Source: an uncultured Ruminococcus sp.
GTDB lineage: Bacteria > Bacillota > Clostridia > Oscillospirales > Ruminococcaceae
DNA: 41,950 nt
Assembly: GCA_947175975.1 (NCBI GenBank)
Contig: CAMWOX010000001.1
Location: forward strand, 1 to 41,950
Reading direction: 5' to 3'
Each line of letters opens with the position of its first letter. Position 1 is the stretch's first letter. The notes under the pieces are model-generated. The model saw only the letters and a program-made list of their open reading frames with translations. It was not told where the DNA came from and did no database searches. The position numbers and the translations under genes were made by a program. This document shows, piece after piece, positions 26,152 to 35,660 of the stretch.

Positions 26152-27075
26152 ATGAGTAATCTGAAAGAAATCCTCGAATCTGTATACAGCGTCATGCATA
26201 CAATGACACCTGTGGATTTCCTTGATATTGCATTATTATCTTATATTATCTATGTTACGCTGAAATTAATCCGTGAAACCAGGGCAGGACAGTTATTCAA
26301 GGGCATTTCTTTTCTTCTGGTTGTCTATATGATCGGAAAAATAATTGAACTCAAATCCATTACTTATATTCTGGAGCATGTATTCAATATCGGCATTCTG
26401 GCAATTCTGATCATGTTTCAGCCGGAGGTTCGCCGTGCTGTGGAGAAACTCGGACATACTAAACTGGGCTTAGATACCATTCTCTCTGCATCCAGCAATG
26501 AGATGACTGCCAAATGGTCTCCTGCGATTGAAGCAATCTGTGATTCTTGTGTGGAACTAAGCAAAACCTGCACAGGTGCTTTGATCGTCATTGAAAAACA
26601 GACACGTCTGGGCGAACAGATCGAAAACGGAACAATCCTGAATGCAACTCCCAGCAAAGAATTATTCGGCAATATTTTCTATCCCAAAACACCTCTGCAT
26701 GACGGCGCAGTGATCATGCGTGACGGAATGATTCTTGCTGCTGCCTGCTTTCTACCCAAACCCCAGAAAGAAGAATTAATCAATAAAAAACTGGGTTCTC
26801 GTCACAGGGCAGCAATCGGCATGAGTGAAAATTCTGATGCGATCGTGATCGTTGTTTCGGAAGAAACTGGACAGATTTCTGTTGCAGAAAACGGCACATT
26901 GACAAGAGATTTTAATCATGATTCTCTCCAGCAGCTTCTGACGGACAACCTAATTCCCAAACAGCCAGAAAGTAAAAAAATGCGTTTGCCGATTCTGAAA
27001 AATCGTTCTTTCAAAACGGAAAACACAGAAATTATAGATGAAAAGGGGAATCCAGAGCATGAAAAAAATTCATGA
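26152..27075 (+). CDS. cdaA: diadenylate cyclase CdaA (DacA)
   Basis: Three N-terminal TM helices plus a DAC domain with PLHDGAVIM and GSRHRAAIGMSE...VVSEETGQIS. Confidence 0.93.
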   Translation: MSNLKEILESVYSVMHTMTPVDFLDIALLSYIIYVTLKLIRETRAGQLFKGISFLLVVYMIGKIIELKSITYILEHVFNIGILAILIMFQPEVRRAVEKLGHTKLGLDTILSASSNEMTAKWSPAIEAICDSCVELSKTCTGALIVIEKQTRLGEQIENGTILNATPSKELFGNIFYPKTPLHDGAVIMRDGMILAAACFLPKPQKEELINKKLGSRHRAAIGMSENSDAIVIVVSEETGQISVAENGTLTRDFNHDSLQQLLTDNLIPKQPESKKMRLPILKNRSFKTENTEIIDEKGNPEHEKNS

Positions 27076-28417
27076 TTTTCAGAGCTTTCTTGCCAGTCTG
27101 CTTGATACCAAGCCTGTTTCTGTGATTGCCTCTGTATTATGTGCTGTGCTGATCTGGTTTTCTATTTCTGTCACAGTCTATCAGACAACCCATGTGAAAT
27201 TCTATAATATCCCTCTGACAGTGGATCTGACAGGGACTCCCGCCGAAGCAAATGGTTTGAGTTCTGTTTCCTGCGATGTCGAAACGGTCACAGTGGAACT
27301 GGAGGGAAACAGAGCGCAGATCGGGAGACTGACACAGGAAGATCTCAAAGCTAATATCGTCACAGGCAATACCGATACAATCGGAGAATTTTCTTTTGAA
27401 ATTTCAATTGAAACAGATAAAAATATTTCGTTTGTGTCAACCATTTCCCCAGATTACGCAACTGTGAAACTTGACCGGATTGAAACAAGAACCTATGATG
27501 TTACGGCATCCGTTCCCAACGTACATGCAACCTTTGGTCATGCTATGGACAAGGACGATATTTTATTTGAACCGGCACAGATTGAGATCACAGGACCATC
27601 CACACAACTGGACAAGATCAGCCGTGTAGAGGCTTATTCTGACAAATCCCTGGAAATTGACAGTTTGTATTCTCTCTATACCAGCGAAATCAGATTATAT
27701 TCTCCGGAGGGTGCGATACTAGATACAGATGATCTGGAAATCCCAAATACTAATTTTCAGATCACAATCCCTGTACTGACGCAAAAAGAATTACAATTAA
27801 CTTATAATATCATCAATGCACCAAGTAATTTTAATCTGGACTGGCTAAAAGAACATCTACAACTCTCAGAAGATACTATCACGCTGGCATCACAAACCAA
27901 CACTGCCTTTGCAGAACTGGATGAATGGCCTTTAGGCTCTGTCAAACTGAATGATATTGGTCTAACATCCGAGAATTATTTTACTGTAGAACTCGGCGAA
28001 GAATTTATTAACCAGAGCGGGTTCCAGCAAGTTAGATTAACACTGAATAACGAAGAACTCACATCCAGAGAATTTCAGGTCAGCAATAGCAATATTTCTG
28101 TTGTCAATATACCGAAAAATTATGATTGCAATATCATCACAAGAAATTTGTCCGTGATAGTGATCGGTACAGAAGCGGATCTGGATGCACTTAGTACACA
28201 AGATATTATTGTGACGGCGGATCTTTTGAATTATAACATCACATCAACTAATGCAGATGCTACGATATCATTCTACGGAGAAGAATCCAGACTCTGGGCG
28301 GTAGGTGCATACAAAGTTGCTGTGGAATTAACAGAAAAGCCCACAGAAACAACAGTTTCTGAAACAATCTACCCGACAGATTCCGAAACAACAACAGAAA
28401 CAGAATCCGGCTCCTGA
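27059..28417 (+). CDS. cdaR: CdaA regulator CdaR (YbbR-repeat protein)
   Basis: ATG at 27059 with RBS AAAGGGGA; N-terminal TM; repeated YbbR-like beta domains; canonical position after cdaA; Thr/Glu-rich tail. Confidence 0.8.
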   Translation: MKKIHDFQSFLASLLDTKPVSVIASVLCAVLIWFSISVTVYQTTHVKFYNIPLTVDLTGTPAEANGLSSVSCDVETVTVELEGNRAQIGRLTQEDLKANIVTGNTDTIGEFSFEISIETDKNISFVSTISPDYATVKLDRIETRTYDVTASVPNVHATFGHAMDKDDILFEPAQIEITGPSTQLDKISRVEAYSDKSLEIDSLYSLYTSEIRLYSPEGAILDTDDLEIPNTNFQITIPVLTQKELQLTYNIINAPSNFNLDWLKEHLQLSEDTITLASQTNTAFAELDEWPLGSVKLNDIGLTSENYFTVELGEEFINQSGFQQVRLTLNNEELTSREFQVSNSNISVVNIPKNYDCNIITRNLSVIVIGTEADLDALSTQDIIVTADLLNYNITSTNADATISFYGEESRLWAVGAYKVAVELTEKPTETTVSETIYPTDSETTTETESGS

Positions 28418-28438
28418 CATCAGGAACCGGATTTTTTT
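28405..28438. terminator. shared terminator of convergent cdaR and the glycan operon
   Basis: Stem ATCCGG-TCCTG/CAGGA-CCGGAT then T7. The hairpin spans both stop codons (28415-28417 and 28420-28422). Confidence 0.7.
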
Positions 28439-29358
28439 ACATATTTTGCGATCTTGTTCACAAGCAGTGATCCTGCAACTAGGAAAATTTCTGCCACTGT
28501 TTGCCATAATCTTGAAATCAGTGAAATCGTGACAGCATATTCTTCCGGCATAATCAACAATAACCCTGCTATGAGAATCCCCTCCCGGACGCCTAGACCG
28601 CTTGGTGCAAATAGTGCCAGAATGCCTATGATCGTGGATAATCCGTAGATTCCACCAACATAGAGCCATTGCAAAGCCGTTACCGGATAAATCGCATGTA
28701 CCAGCATGAAAAATCCTGATCCTGCTACAAGCCAGTTACAGATAAATAATACTACCACCCGGAGCATATCCGGATACGACATAGGGATTTCCATATCTTT
28801 TTTCAGTAATTTTCCTGCCATTCTCAGAAAGAAATTAATAATCCTCGGATGAATAAAAATGAAAAACAGAATGATCAAAATTACTGTCAGCCAGGCATAC
28901 TGGGATAACAGATCATTCGGAAAGAAAAACAGAGAAATCAGAAATAAAAATGCAGCTCCCAAAAGTGTGCAGATATTCTCCAGGAAGAAACATATTGTTA
29001 CTTTCTGAATCGGCTGATTGGCTTTCTCATAGGCAGGACATCTTGCCATCAGCAAAAATACTTTTCCGGGAATATACTTTCCCGGAATCGAAGATAAATA
29101 AGCAATTACGGCATCGAAATGTCCAATATTGCATTGATTTAATTTTGTGATATAATGCCATAGTGATGCTAATGTAATCATATATGCAAAATAGAACAGG
29201 AATGAAATTATAACACTGATCCAGTCCAGATCCCAGTCCATATTTTTGATAACATCCCTGTTGTCAATAAAATATTTCCCTAGAAAATAAACTACCAGTA
29301 TCAGAAACAGAATCTTGATCCCATAAGAAAGATATTTTTTAGTTTTTTCCCTTTTCAT
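28420..29358 (-). CDS. UPF0104 / LPG-synthase-TM (MprF flippase-domain-like) membrane protein
   Basis: Start moved to the ATG at 29358 (MKREKTKKYL). About 8 TM segments. The C-terminal APSGLGVREG motif is typical of the family. 20-nt overlap with the GT2 gene. Confidence 0.75.
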   Translation of the reverse strand: MKREKTKKYLSYGIKILFLILVVYFLGKYFIDNRDVIKNMDWDLDWISVIISFLFYFAYMITLASLWHYITKLNQCNIGHFDAVIAYLSSIPGKYIPGKVFLLMARCPAYEKANQPIQKVTICFFLENICTLLGAAFLFLISLFFFPNDLLSQYAWLTVILIILFFIFIHPRIINFFLRMAGKLLKKDMEIPMSYPDMLRVVVLFICNWLVAGSGFFMLVHAIYPVTALQWLYVGGIYGLSTIIGILALFAPSGLGVREGILIAGLLLIMPEEYAVTISLISRLWQTVAEIFLVAGSLLVNKIAKYVKKSGS

Positions 29359-30331
29359 GACGCTTAACACTCCTGATTTTCTGTTCTGGTGCAGGCGAAC
29401 ACTCAATCTTACGGATTCTGTACTGAATATCTTCCAGTAATTTACGATTTGCAGCAATGGTATCTCCCAGTAAACCAATTGTAATTGTCTGGAATCCCAT
29501 CATCAGTAAAATTGCTGTCAGGATCAACGACTGCACATGTCCTGCACCATCTCCCATTGCCATAAAAATCAGAAACCGGATACCCAGGACTGCACCGAAT
29601 AAAAATAAAACAATTCCAACAATACTAAAAAATCTTAATGGCTTGTACATCACGAATGATCGGATAATCACAGTCGCAGAACGTTTCATATATTTCCACA
29701 TACTAGAAAATAACCTTGATGGTCTTGTCTCTTCATTCGTCCGGATCGGCACGGAAGTCATTGCCATTTTATTATGTCCTGCCTGGATGATGGTTTCAAG
29801 CGTATAAGTATATTCATTCACAACATTCAGACGCAGTGCGGCATCTCTGGAATATGCACGGAATCCGCTTGGTGCATCAGGAATATCCGTCCCGGAAGTA
29901 ATTCTGACAACCCAACTTCCGATATGCTGGAATTTTTTCTTTTTCCAGGAAAAATGTTCCGTCTGGTCAATCGGTCTCTCGCCAATTACAATATCTGCTT
30001 TTTCTTCCAGAATCGGCTTGACTAATTTCTCTATATCTGCACCACAGTATTGATTGTCTGCATCTGTATTCACAATAATATCCGCCCCCAGATGCAGACA
30101 AGCGTCCAGCCCTGCCAGAAATCCCTTGGCAAGTCCCTTGTTCTGCTTGAATGACACAATATGATGAAACCCCAGTTCACGAGCTTTCTGGACTGTGTGA
30201 TCCTGACTGCCATCATTGATGATTAAATATTCAATCTCATCAATGCCGGGGATCTCCCTGGGAAGATCCTGATAGGCTAATTCCAGTGTTTCTTCTTCAT
30301 TGTAACACGGAATCTGGATAATTAATTTCAT
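29339..30331 (-). CDS. GT2 glycosyltransferase, polyprenyl-phosphate sugar synthase type (GtrB/DPM1-like)
   Basis: IQIPCYNEE, NDGSQD and TDADNQ (DxD), plus two C-terminal TM helices. Confidence 0.85.
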   Translation of the reverse strand: MKLIIQIPCYNEEETLELAYQDLPREIPGIDEIEYLIINDGSQDHTVQKARELGFHHIVSFKQNKGLAKGFLAGLDACLHLGADIIVNTDADNQYCGADIEKLVKPILEEKADIVIGERPIDQTEHFSWKKKKFQHIGSWVVRITSGTDIPDAPSGFRAYSRDAALRLNVVNEYTYTLETIIQAGHNKMAMTSVPIRTNEETRPSRLFSSMWKYMKRSATVIIRSFVMYKPLRFFSIVGIVLFLFGAVLGIRFLIFMAMGDGAGHVQSLILTAILLMMGFQTITIGLLGDTIAANRKLLEDIQYRIRKIECSPAPEQKIRSVKRHEKGKN

Positions 30332-32852
30332 ATGATTCTGTCCTTTCTCTGTTCTCTGGATTCTCCTGATTTTCGCTGATTTTTTCTAATTCTTCCTGTT
30401 CTTTTTGATTCTCCTGTACTGTAAATTGCAGGGATTCCAGAGGAATGCCGAGAATCCTGCCGTCTTTCGGATGAATCATGGAAGAATCCCAGACCGGTGT
30501 GTGAAATCCGAAAATATTAGAACCATCCCGGAGTACATCCGCCGGAATCTCAAATACTAACGACTGTCCGTTCGTTTCTTCTGTGATACTCTGTTCTGCA
30601 ACTATCCTGCCGTTGACGGATAATTCTACGAGAAATTCCGGCGGTTCCATTGCACCCAGCGGAATCATGCCGGCAAGATTGACTGTCAGAGTATAATCTT
30701 CCTGTGCCAGAATGCACTGGATTGCCGCATATTCTGCATTTGTCCAGCAGAACGTCCCCTCATATTTGTCAATGCCGTATATCTGAAAATGATGAATCGT
30801 AGAAGCCGGATACTCCAGGCAATCCTGTAACCAGGCATAACAGAAAATCTGTTTTGATACAGCCTCGAACTGCCGTGGCATTCCAGATTCCGGATGATTA
30901 TCCAGATCTTCCATCTGCTGAATCATATCTGTATAGATCAGCTCCAGATTATAATCTGTATCATGTGTATAGGATTTTCCTGTGATAAAATAAAGATTTT
31001 CACAATCTCCGGAAAGTCTTTCAAGCTGTTCCATGAGATCATTCTCCGCCGGATAGACGGTAGCACCTGTAATTGCCCGGACAGGCAGCCAGAGCGTAAA
31101 AAGATAAGTATCTTCGATCACAACGCAGTCATTTTCCGTGATATGGGACGTAATATCTTCTAGTATTTCCCATTCCATTCGGGTGTCATCCCTGTGCGTC
31201 CGGAGAAAATCATCATACGGCAATGCAAAGCACAGGCTCAGAATCAGCAAGGGATAAATCGTTTTTCTGCCTGCCTGATCTAGGGCAATTGCCGTGAAGA
31301 TCACTGCAATCGGGATGAATGGCACTAAATATCTTGCATAATAATCATAATAATCAATCTGGAATCTCAAAAATCCGGAATAAATTAAAATACAATAAAA
31401 AAACGATACAAAAATCACAAGCTTTTCCAGATTCTCCAGAAATATTCTGGTTCTGGTAAATAAAAAAATCACACCAACCGGAAGAAGTGCTGCTCCGGCA
31501 TTCTGGACAAATCCCAGAATCGTCAGAGAAATACTTTCTTCGACAGTTTCCAGTTTCGCCATTGTCTGATAGATGATATACAACAACGGCAATGCTGTCA
31601 TGACAATCAACAGCCATTTGAGCGTTTTGGAATCCGGATTTAATACAATTTCTTTCCGGATGCTGATTTTTCGGATGAGCAGGACATAGCCAATGCAGAG
31701 AATTTCCAGAATCCCACAGACAACCGGAATGACTTGTGTGATATTATCTACATTCATGCCGTTGCCGAATACAACCCGGTAATTATTCATGGTATAATAG
31801 GGTTGTACCTGTCGCATGGCAAAATAACTTGCCAGATAGACCGGCGGTGTGGACAGTAATAAACCTGCAAATATTTTTTTCTGTGTAAAAAAATACAAGC
31901 CGGCATAAATCATGATAATATATGGAATCAGTGTATAGATAGACACATGATAACAGCCGAATACAATCACTGGAATAATGGAAAATCCGGGATTTCCGGA
32001 ATCTGTCAGAAAATACAGGAACAATAGCAGAATCACAGCAAGAAACAGCTCCGTCAACGTCGATTTCCCGACCCAAATCACAATCGGAGACAGGGCAGCA
32101 GTCACGCAGGCTGTCAGTATGGAAACAGGTTTTAATTTTAAATGTTCACAGACGAAGTAAATTAGAAATATCATCAGAAGATAGAACAGATTCTGGATCT
32201 CTGCCATGTGCGCCATCCCAAAAAGTTTCCCCCAAAGGGCAAGCATTGCCGCATATGTCGGGATGCCATGATAGATCCCGGAAACTTCGCTGATCTCCCG
32301 GTCATAGGAACAATCCGGATAATCTTCTTCGGGGATGTCATAGCCGACTAATTTCAAACAGACGGCTTTCTGAAAATTTTCTCTCTGTTCCTGTGTTTCC
32401 AGTGTGTGATATTCTGCAAAATCCTGCTGACGTTCATCCAGACCATTCAAAAAATTAATTGCTACAATCTGATAGACACCCTCATCCTGTCCCATACCAA
32501 AGATTTCATTTTTCTGACTGACAAACAACAAGCCGATTGCAGAAACCAATACCGGAATCAGAATTTTTCTGGAATTAAAATTTAAATTAGATTTAAAATC
32601 TGAATTTTTTTTGCAGATCAGAAAACTGATAATGAATAATAGAAAATCCAGTCCGGCAGTGATCGCAATCCCCCGAAACAACGAATACTGATCCAGGACA
32701 AACAGAACCATCGTTCCGGCAATATACGAACAGAAAAACCAACAGATTGCCAGGATTCCGATCTCAATGGGATTTTTCTGACGAAACAGGATCCCAGAAA
32801 TCCCTAGGCAACAGACAACAGAAACAACGACACAGACCAGAAAAAGATTCAT
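30297..32852 (-). CDS. large polytopic membrane protein, GT-C-like glycosyltransferase or oligosaccharyl transferase candidate, with extracytoplasmic C-terminal domain
   Basis: 851 aa with more than 12 TM segments. GMGQDEGVYQ acidic loop motif after an early TM, as in ArnT/PMT-type GT-C enzymes. About 250-aa soluble C-terminus. Size resembles YfhO-type proteins. Confidence 0.6.
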   Translation of the reverse strand: MNLFLVCVVVSVVCCLGISGILFRQKNPIEIGILAICWFFCSYIAGTMVLFVLDQYSLFRGIAITAGLDFLLFIISFLICKKNSDFKSNLNFNSRKILIPVLVSAIGLLFVSQKNEIFGMGQDEGVYQIVAINFLNGLDERQQDFAEYHTLETQEQRENFQKAVCLKLVGYDIPEEDYPDCSYDREISEVSGIYHGIPTYAAMLALWGKLFGMAHMAEIQNLFYLLMIFLIYFVCEHLKLKPVSILTACVTAALSPIVIWVGKSTLTELFLAVILLLFLYFLTDSGNPGFSIIPVIVFGCYHVSIYTLIPYIIMIYAGLYFFTQKKIFAGLLLSTPPVYLASYFAMRQVQPYYTMNNYRVVFGNGMNVDNITQVIPVVCGILEILCIGYVLLIRKISIRKEIVLNPDSKTLKWLLIVMTALPLLYIIYQTMAKLETVEESISLTILGFVQNAGAALLPVGVIFLFTRTRIFLENLEKLVIFVSFFYCILIYSGFLRFQIDYYDYYARYLVPFIPIAVIFTAIALDQAGRKTIYPLLILSLCFALPYDDFLRTHRDDTRMEWEILEDITSHITENDCVVIEDTYLFTLWLPVRAITGATVYPAENDLMEQLERLSGDCENLYFITGKSYTHDTDYNLELIYTDMIQQMEDLDNHPESGMPRQFEAVSKQIFCYAWLQDCLEYPASTIHHFQIYGIDKYEGTFCWTNAEYAAIQCILAQEDYTLTVNLAGMIPLGAMEPPEFLVELSVNGRIVAEQSITEETNGQSLVFEIPADVLRDGSNIFGFHTPVWDSSMIHPKDGRILGIPLESLQFTVQENQKEQEELEKISENQENPENRERTESYEINYPDSVLQ

Positions 32853-34048
32853 GACGACCTCCTGTTTTCTAAATTCTCAAAAAATGTCCGGTATTTCTCT
32901 GTGATGACTTCCCAGTCAAAATGCGATCTGACATACGCACCGCCGTTCTGCCCCATCTGATCTGCAATTCCCGGATGTTCCAGGATATAATTCACACAGC
33001 CTTCAAATTCAAAATAATTTTCAAAATACAAACCGCCCTGGGATTCCCGGGCAAAATTCTTTGTCACGGCACATTCTTCATGCACTAATACAGGTCTGCC
33101 ACAGAGCCAGCTCTCCATAATTACAAGAGAAAAGCTCTCGTTTTTTGACGGCTGACAGAGCAGCTCCGCTGCTCCATAAGCATTGTATTTATCCTGGATT
33201 TCCACAAAGCCCAGATCAATGACATCCCGTTTCAGACTTTCCGGAATGGCAATTTCTCCGCCGCCGATCAGGACTAATTTCATGTCAGACGGATTGCGTT
33301 TCTTGTATTGCCCGAAATATTGGATCAGAGTATGCACATTCTTGCCGGAATCTTTCCGCCCTGCGTATAATATAAATTTCTCCGAGATTCTGAATTTTTT
33401 CCGAAATGCTCCAGGATCAGACTGCAAATCAACATCCATGCCAATACCCATGACAATCTTCTGCATATGCTCCAGATCATAGTATTTCTCTGTCAGATCT
33501 AGTTCTGGTCTGGCATTGAAAATCATTCCAGCGGCTCTGGAATATAATTTTCTGTAAATCTGCATATAAAAATATGCCTCATCATGGAAACACGGAATTA
33601 AGACTGCTTTTTCCGGACATGCCTGCACCCCATAATAGGTCGTTCCGAACATATAAGGAATATAGACAAATGCCGTATATTCTGCCTGATGTTCCCGGAT
33701 ATACTGGTACAGATCCGGACTGTTGATCATTTCCCGGATGAAGATTTCTTCTTCCTGCGGTGTAGGCTGTATGCGATTCATGAGCTTTAAATTAATCTCA
33801 TCAAAAATTCTGGTATTTCTTTTACGGACTCTGAATCTCCTGACAGGAATATCCCGGATGATTTCAATGCCCTCTGGGTAATAATCCTGATTCCAGTCAC
33901 TGACAAATTCCCTTACGCAGGTTGTCAGGATTTCCACATCCATTCCGGCATCATGCAGATGCTTTGTAACTTCTCTGGTTTCCATCTCTGCACCGCCAGG
34001 AATTTTCTCGGCATACCATGGAATGACAAAGGCAATTTTTTTTATCAT
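32849..34048 (-). CDS. GT4 (group 1) glycosyltransferase
   Basis: E-x7-E region SKNESFSLVIMESWLCGRPVLV; ATGA overlaps at both ends. Confidence 0.85.
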   Translation of the reverse strand: MIKKIAFVIPWYAEKIPGGAEMETREVTKHLHDAGMDVEILTTCVREFVSDWNQDYYPEGIEIIRDIPVRRFRVRKRNTRIFDEINLKLMNRIQPTPQEEEIFIREMINSPDLYQYIREHQAEYTAFVYIPYMFGTTYYGVQACPEKAVLIPCFHDEAYFYMQIYRKLYSRAAGMIFNARPELDLTEKYYDLEHMQKIVMGIGMDVDLQSDPGAFRKKFRISEKFILYAGRKDSGKNVHTLIQYFGQYKKRNPSDMKLVLIGGGEIAIPESLKRDVIDLGFVEIQDKYNAYGAAELLCQPSKNESFSLVIMESWLCGRPVLVHEECAVTKNFARESQGGLYFENYFEFEGCVNYILEHPGIADQMGQNGGAYVRSHFDWEVITEKYRTFFENLENRRSS

Positions 34049-35139
34049 GTTTCATTCGCTCCTGTAAGATTAAGAAATGCCGCAAGCTGTCCGGCGAATA
34101 AATTCTTGATTTTTTCATACTGAAAATCTTCCAGACGTTTTTGCTGATTCTGAATAATTTTTTGTCTCCATTCCGGATTGCTGAGAATTTTCTGAATCAG
34201 TAAACTAATCTCAGCAGGATTTTTGGAATCCACTACACAGCCGCCTGTGCCGAGCGTTTCAGGGACGGCACAGCTCCTGTATGCGATCACAGGGACGTTA
34301 AAATACATTGCTTCGACAAGCGGCACACAAAAACCCTCATGTTCACTCATGCAGAGAAATAGATCCGCAATTTTATAATATGCCAGTATTTCCGGGAATT
34401 TAATATGTCCAGTGAAGATCACATCTTCCAGTTCGAGAGCCTGGACATAGTTTTCTAGTCTCTGGTAATATTTTTCCATACCGCCGGGATTCCCGACAAA
34501 AATCAATCTCGATTTCGGATTGATATATTTTTTGTAATACGCAAAAATGGCGATCACATCTTCCTGTTTCTTATTTGGTGCAATCCTGCCAACAAAAATC
34601 AGATTCACCCAGTCATCCTGGGAATATTTTTTCAAGATCCCGGAATCCGGTTTTTTCTCATAATCCTGGAATGGTATTAAAATCGGTCTGACATCCACCG
34701 GACAGGTAAAGCCAACATTCCGGAGTTCCTGTGCGTTGAATCCAGAATCCGCCAGGCAGTAATCAATCTTTCCCACAAGATGCTGTAAGCCGTCCAGTCC
34801 ATACTGTGCATTTGTTTCAGCTTCCAAATTATAATGATGAAAAAAAGCAGGAGGCGTGATATTATGATAAATCATGATTTTGTGGCATGGGTAATTTTCC
34901 AGATTGTAATTTAATTTTGATCCGGTGGACATGTGATACAAAATCACATCAGAATTTTTCAATTCCGGCATTCCCTGACACAGATCGGATGCTGTATTTT
35001 TCGGCAGTCTCTGATCCACGGCTTCCGCATAGATCCTGGTCTCATAGCCGAGTTCCTGCATAGCTTTCTGCAATGCAATCGTATCATTGCCAACAGCATC
35101 GCCGAATGCGAGTGTCGGCAGAAATTGAATCATCCTCAT
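34045..35139 (-). CDS. GT4 (group 1) glycosyltransferase
   Basis: E-x7-E region SEHEGFCVPLVEAMYFNVPVIAY; FVGRIAPNKK motif. Confidence 0.85.
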   Translation of the reverse strand: MRMIQFLPTLAFGDAVGNDTIALQKAMQELGYETRIYAEAVDQRLPKNTASDLCQGMPELKNSDVILYHMSTGSKLNYNLENYPCHKIMIYHNITPPAFFHHYNLEAETNAQYGLDGLQHLVGKIDYCLADSGFNAQELRNVGFTCPVDVRPILIPFQDYEKKPDSGILKKYSQDDWVNLIFVGRIAPNKKQEDVIAIFAYYKKYINPKSRLIFVGNPGGMEKYYQRLENYVQALELEDVIFTGHIKFPEILAYYKIADLFLCMSEHEGFCVPLVEAMYFNVPVIAYRSCAVPETLGTGGCVVDSKNPAEISLLIQKILSNPEWRQKIIQNQQKRLEDFQYEKIKNLFAGQLAAFLNLTGANET

Positions 35140-35660
35140 GATAATTTTCTCCGAAGCTTTTCATTTTCTGCTGAGAGTGTCCGAATCTGACTGCGGAGTG
35201 CCTGGATTTCCTGGCGGTTTGCTGCTTGTTTTAATTCCAGAGCATCCATTCGGGAAATTAATTCTGCCAGATTCACTTGATCAGATTCTGTTCTGGAAAG
35301 AATATACTGATTTGTCTGATGAATTGCATTTGCAGTGTGCAGATTCAGTGCATTTTGTTCTGTCATGATCGGCATGATATAGAATATCATCAGTTTCCGG
35401 AGTACTTTCTTGATTAATCTGATCAAAAAATTTCCCTCAATCGGCTTGTATGGATCAATCTGGTTGCGGATATTCAGATACTCTGTGCTTTGCTGCAAAG
35501 AACTGCACTGGAACTGATTTTCTGCCTGGCTGATCTCCGGCGTAAACGGGATTTCTTCAAAATCCAGAATCGTATGATCTAAATTTTTTTCTTTGATTTC
35601 CTGTCGGATTTCCTGCATAATCTGATCTATATCAATATTATTTACATGATTCTCCTGCAT
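35136..35660 (-). CDS. coiled-coil protein of unknown function within the glycan operon
   Basis: 174 aa. N-terminal IMQEIRQEIKEK helix, central hydrophobic/basic LIRLIKKVLRKLMIFYIMPI segment, C-terminal heptad-rich LELKQAANRQEIQALRSQIRTLSAENEKLRRKL. RBS AGGAAAGGA. Confidence 0.65.
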   Translation of the reverse strand: MQENHVNNIDIDQIMQEIRQEIKEKNLDHTILDFEEIPFTPEISQAENQFQCSSLQQSTEYLNIRNQIDPYKPIEGNFLIRLIKKVLRKLMIFYIMPIMTEQNALNLHTANAIHQTNQYILSRTESDQVNLAELISRMDALELKQAANRQEIQALRSQIRTLSAENEKLRRKLS

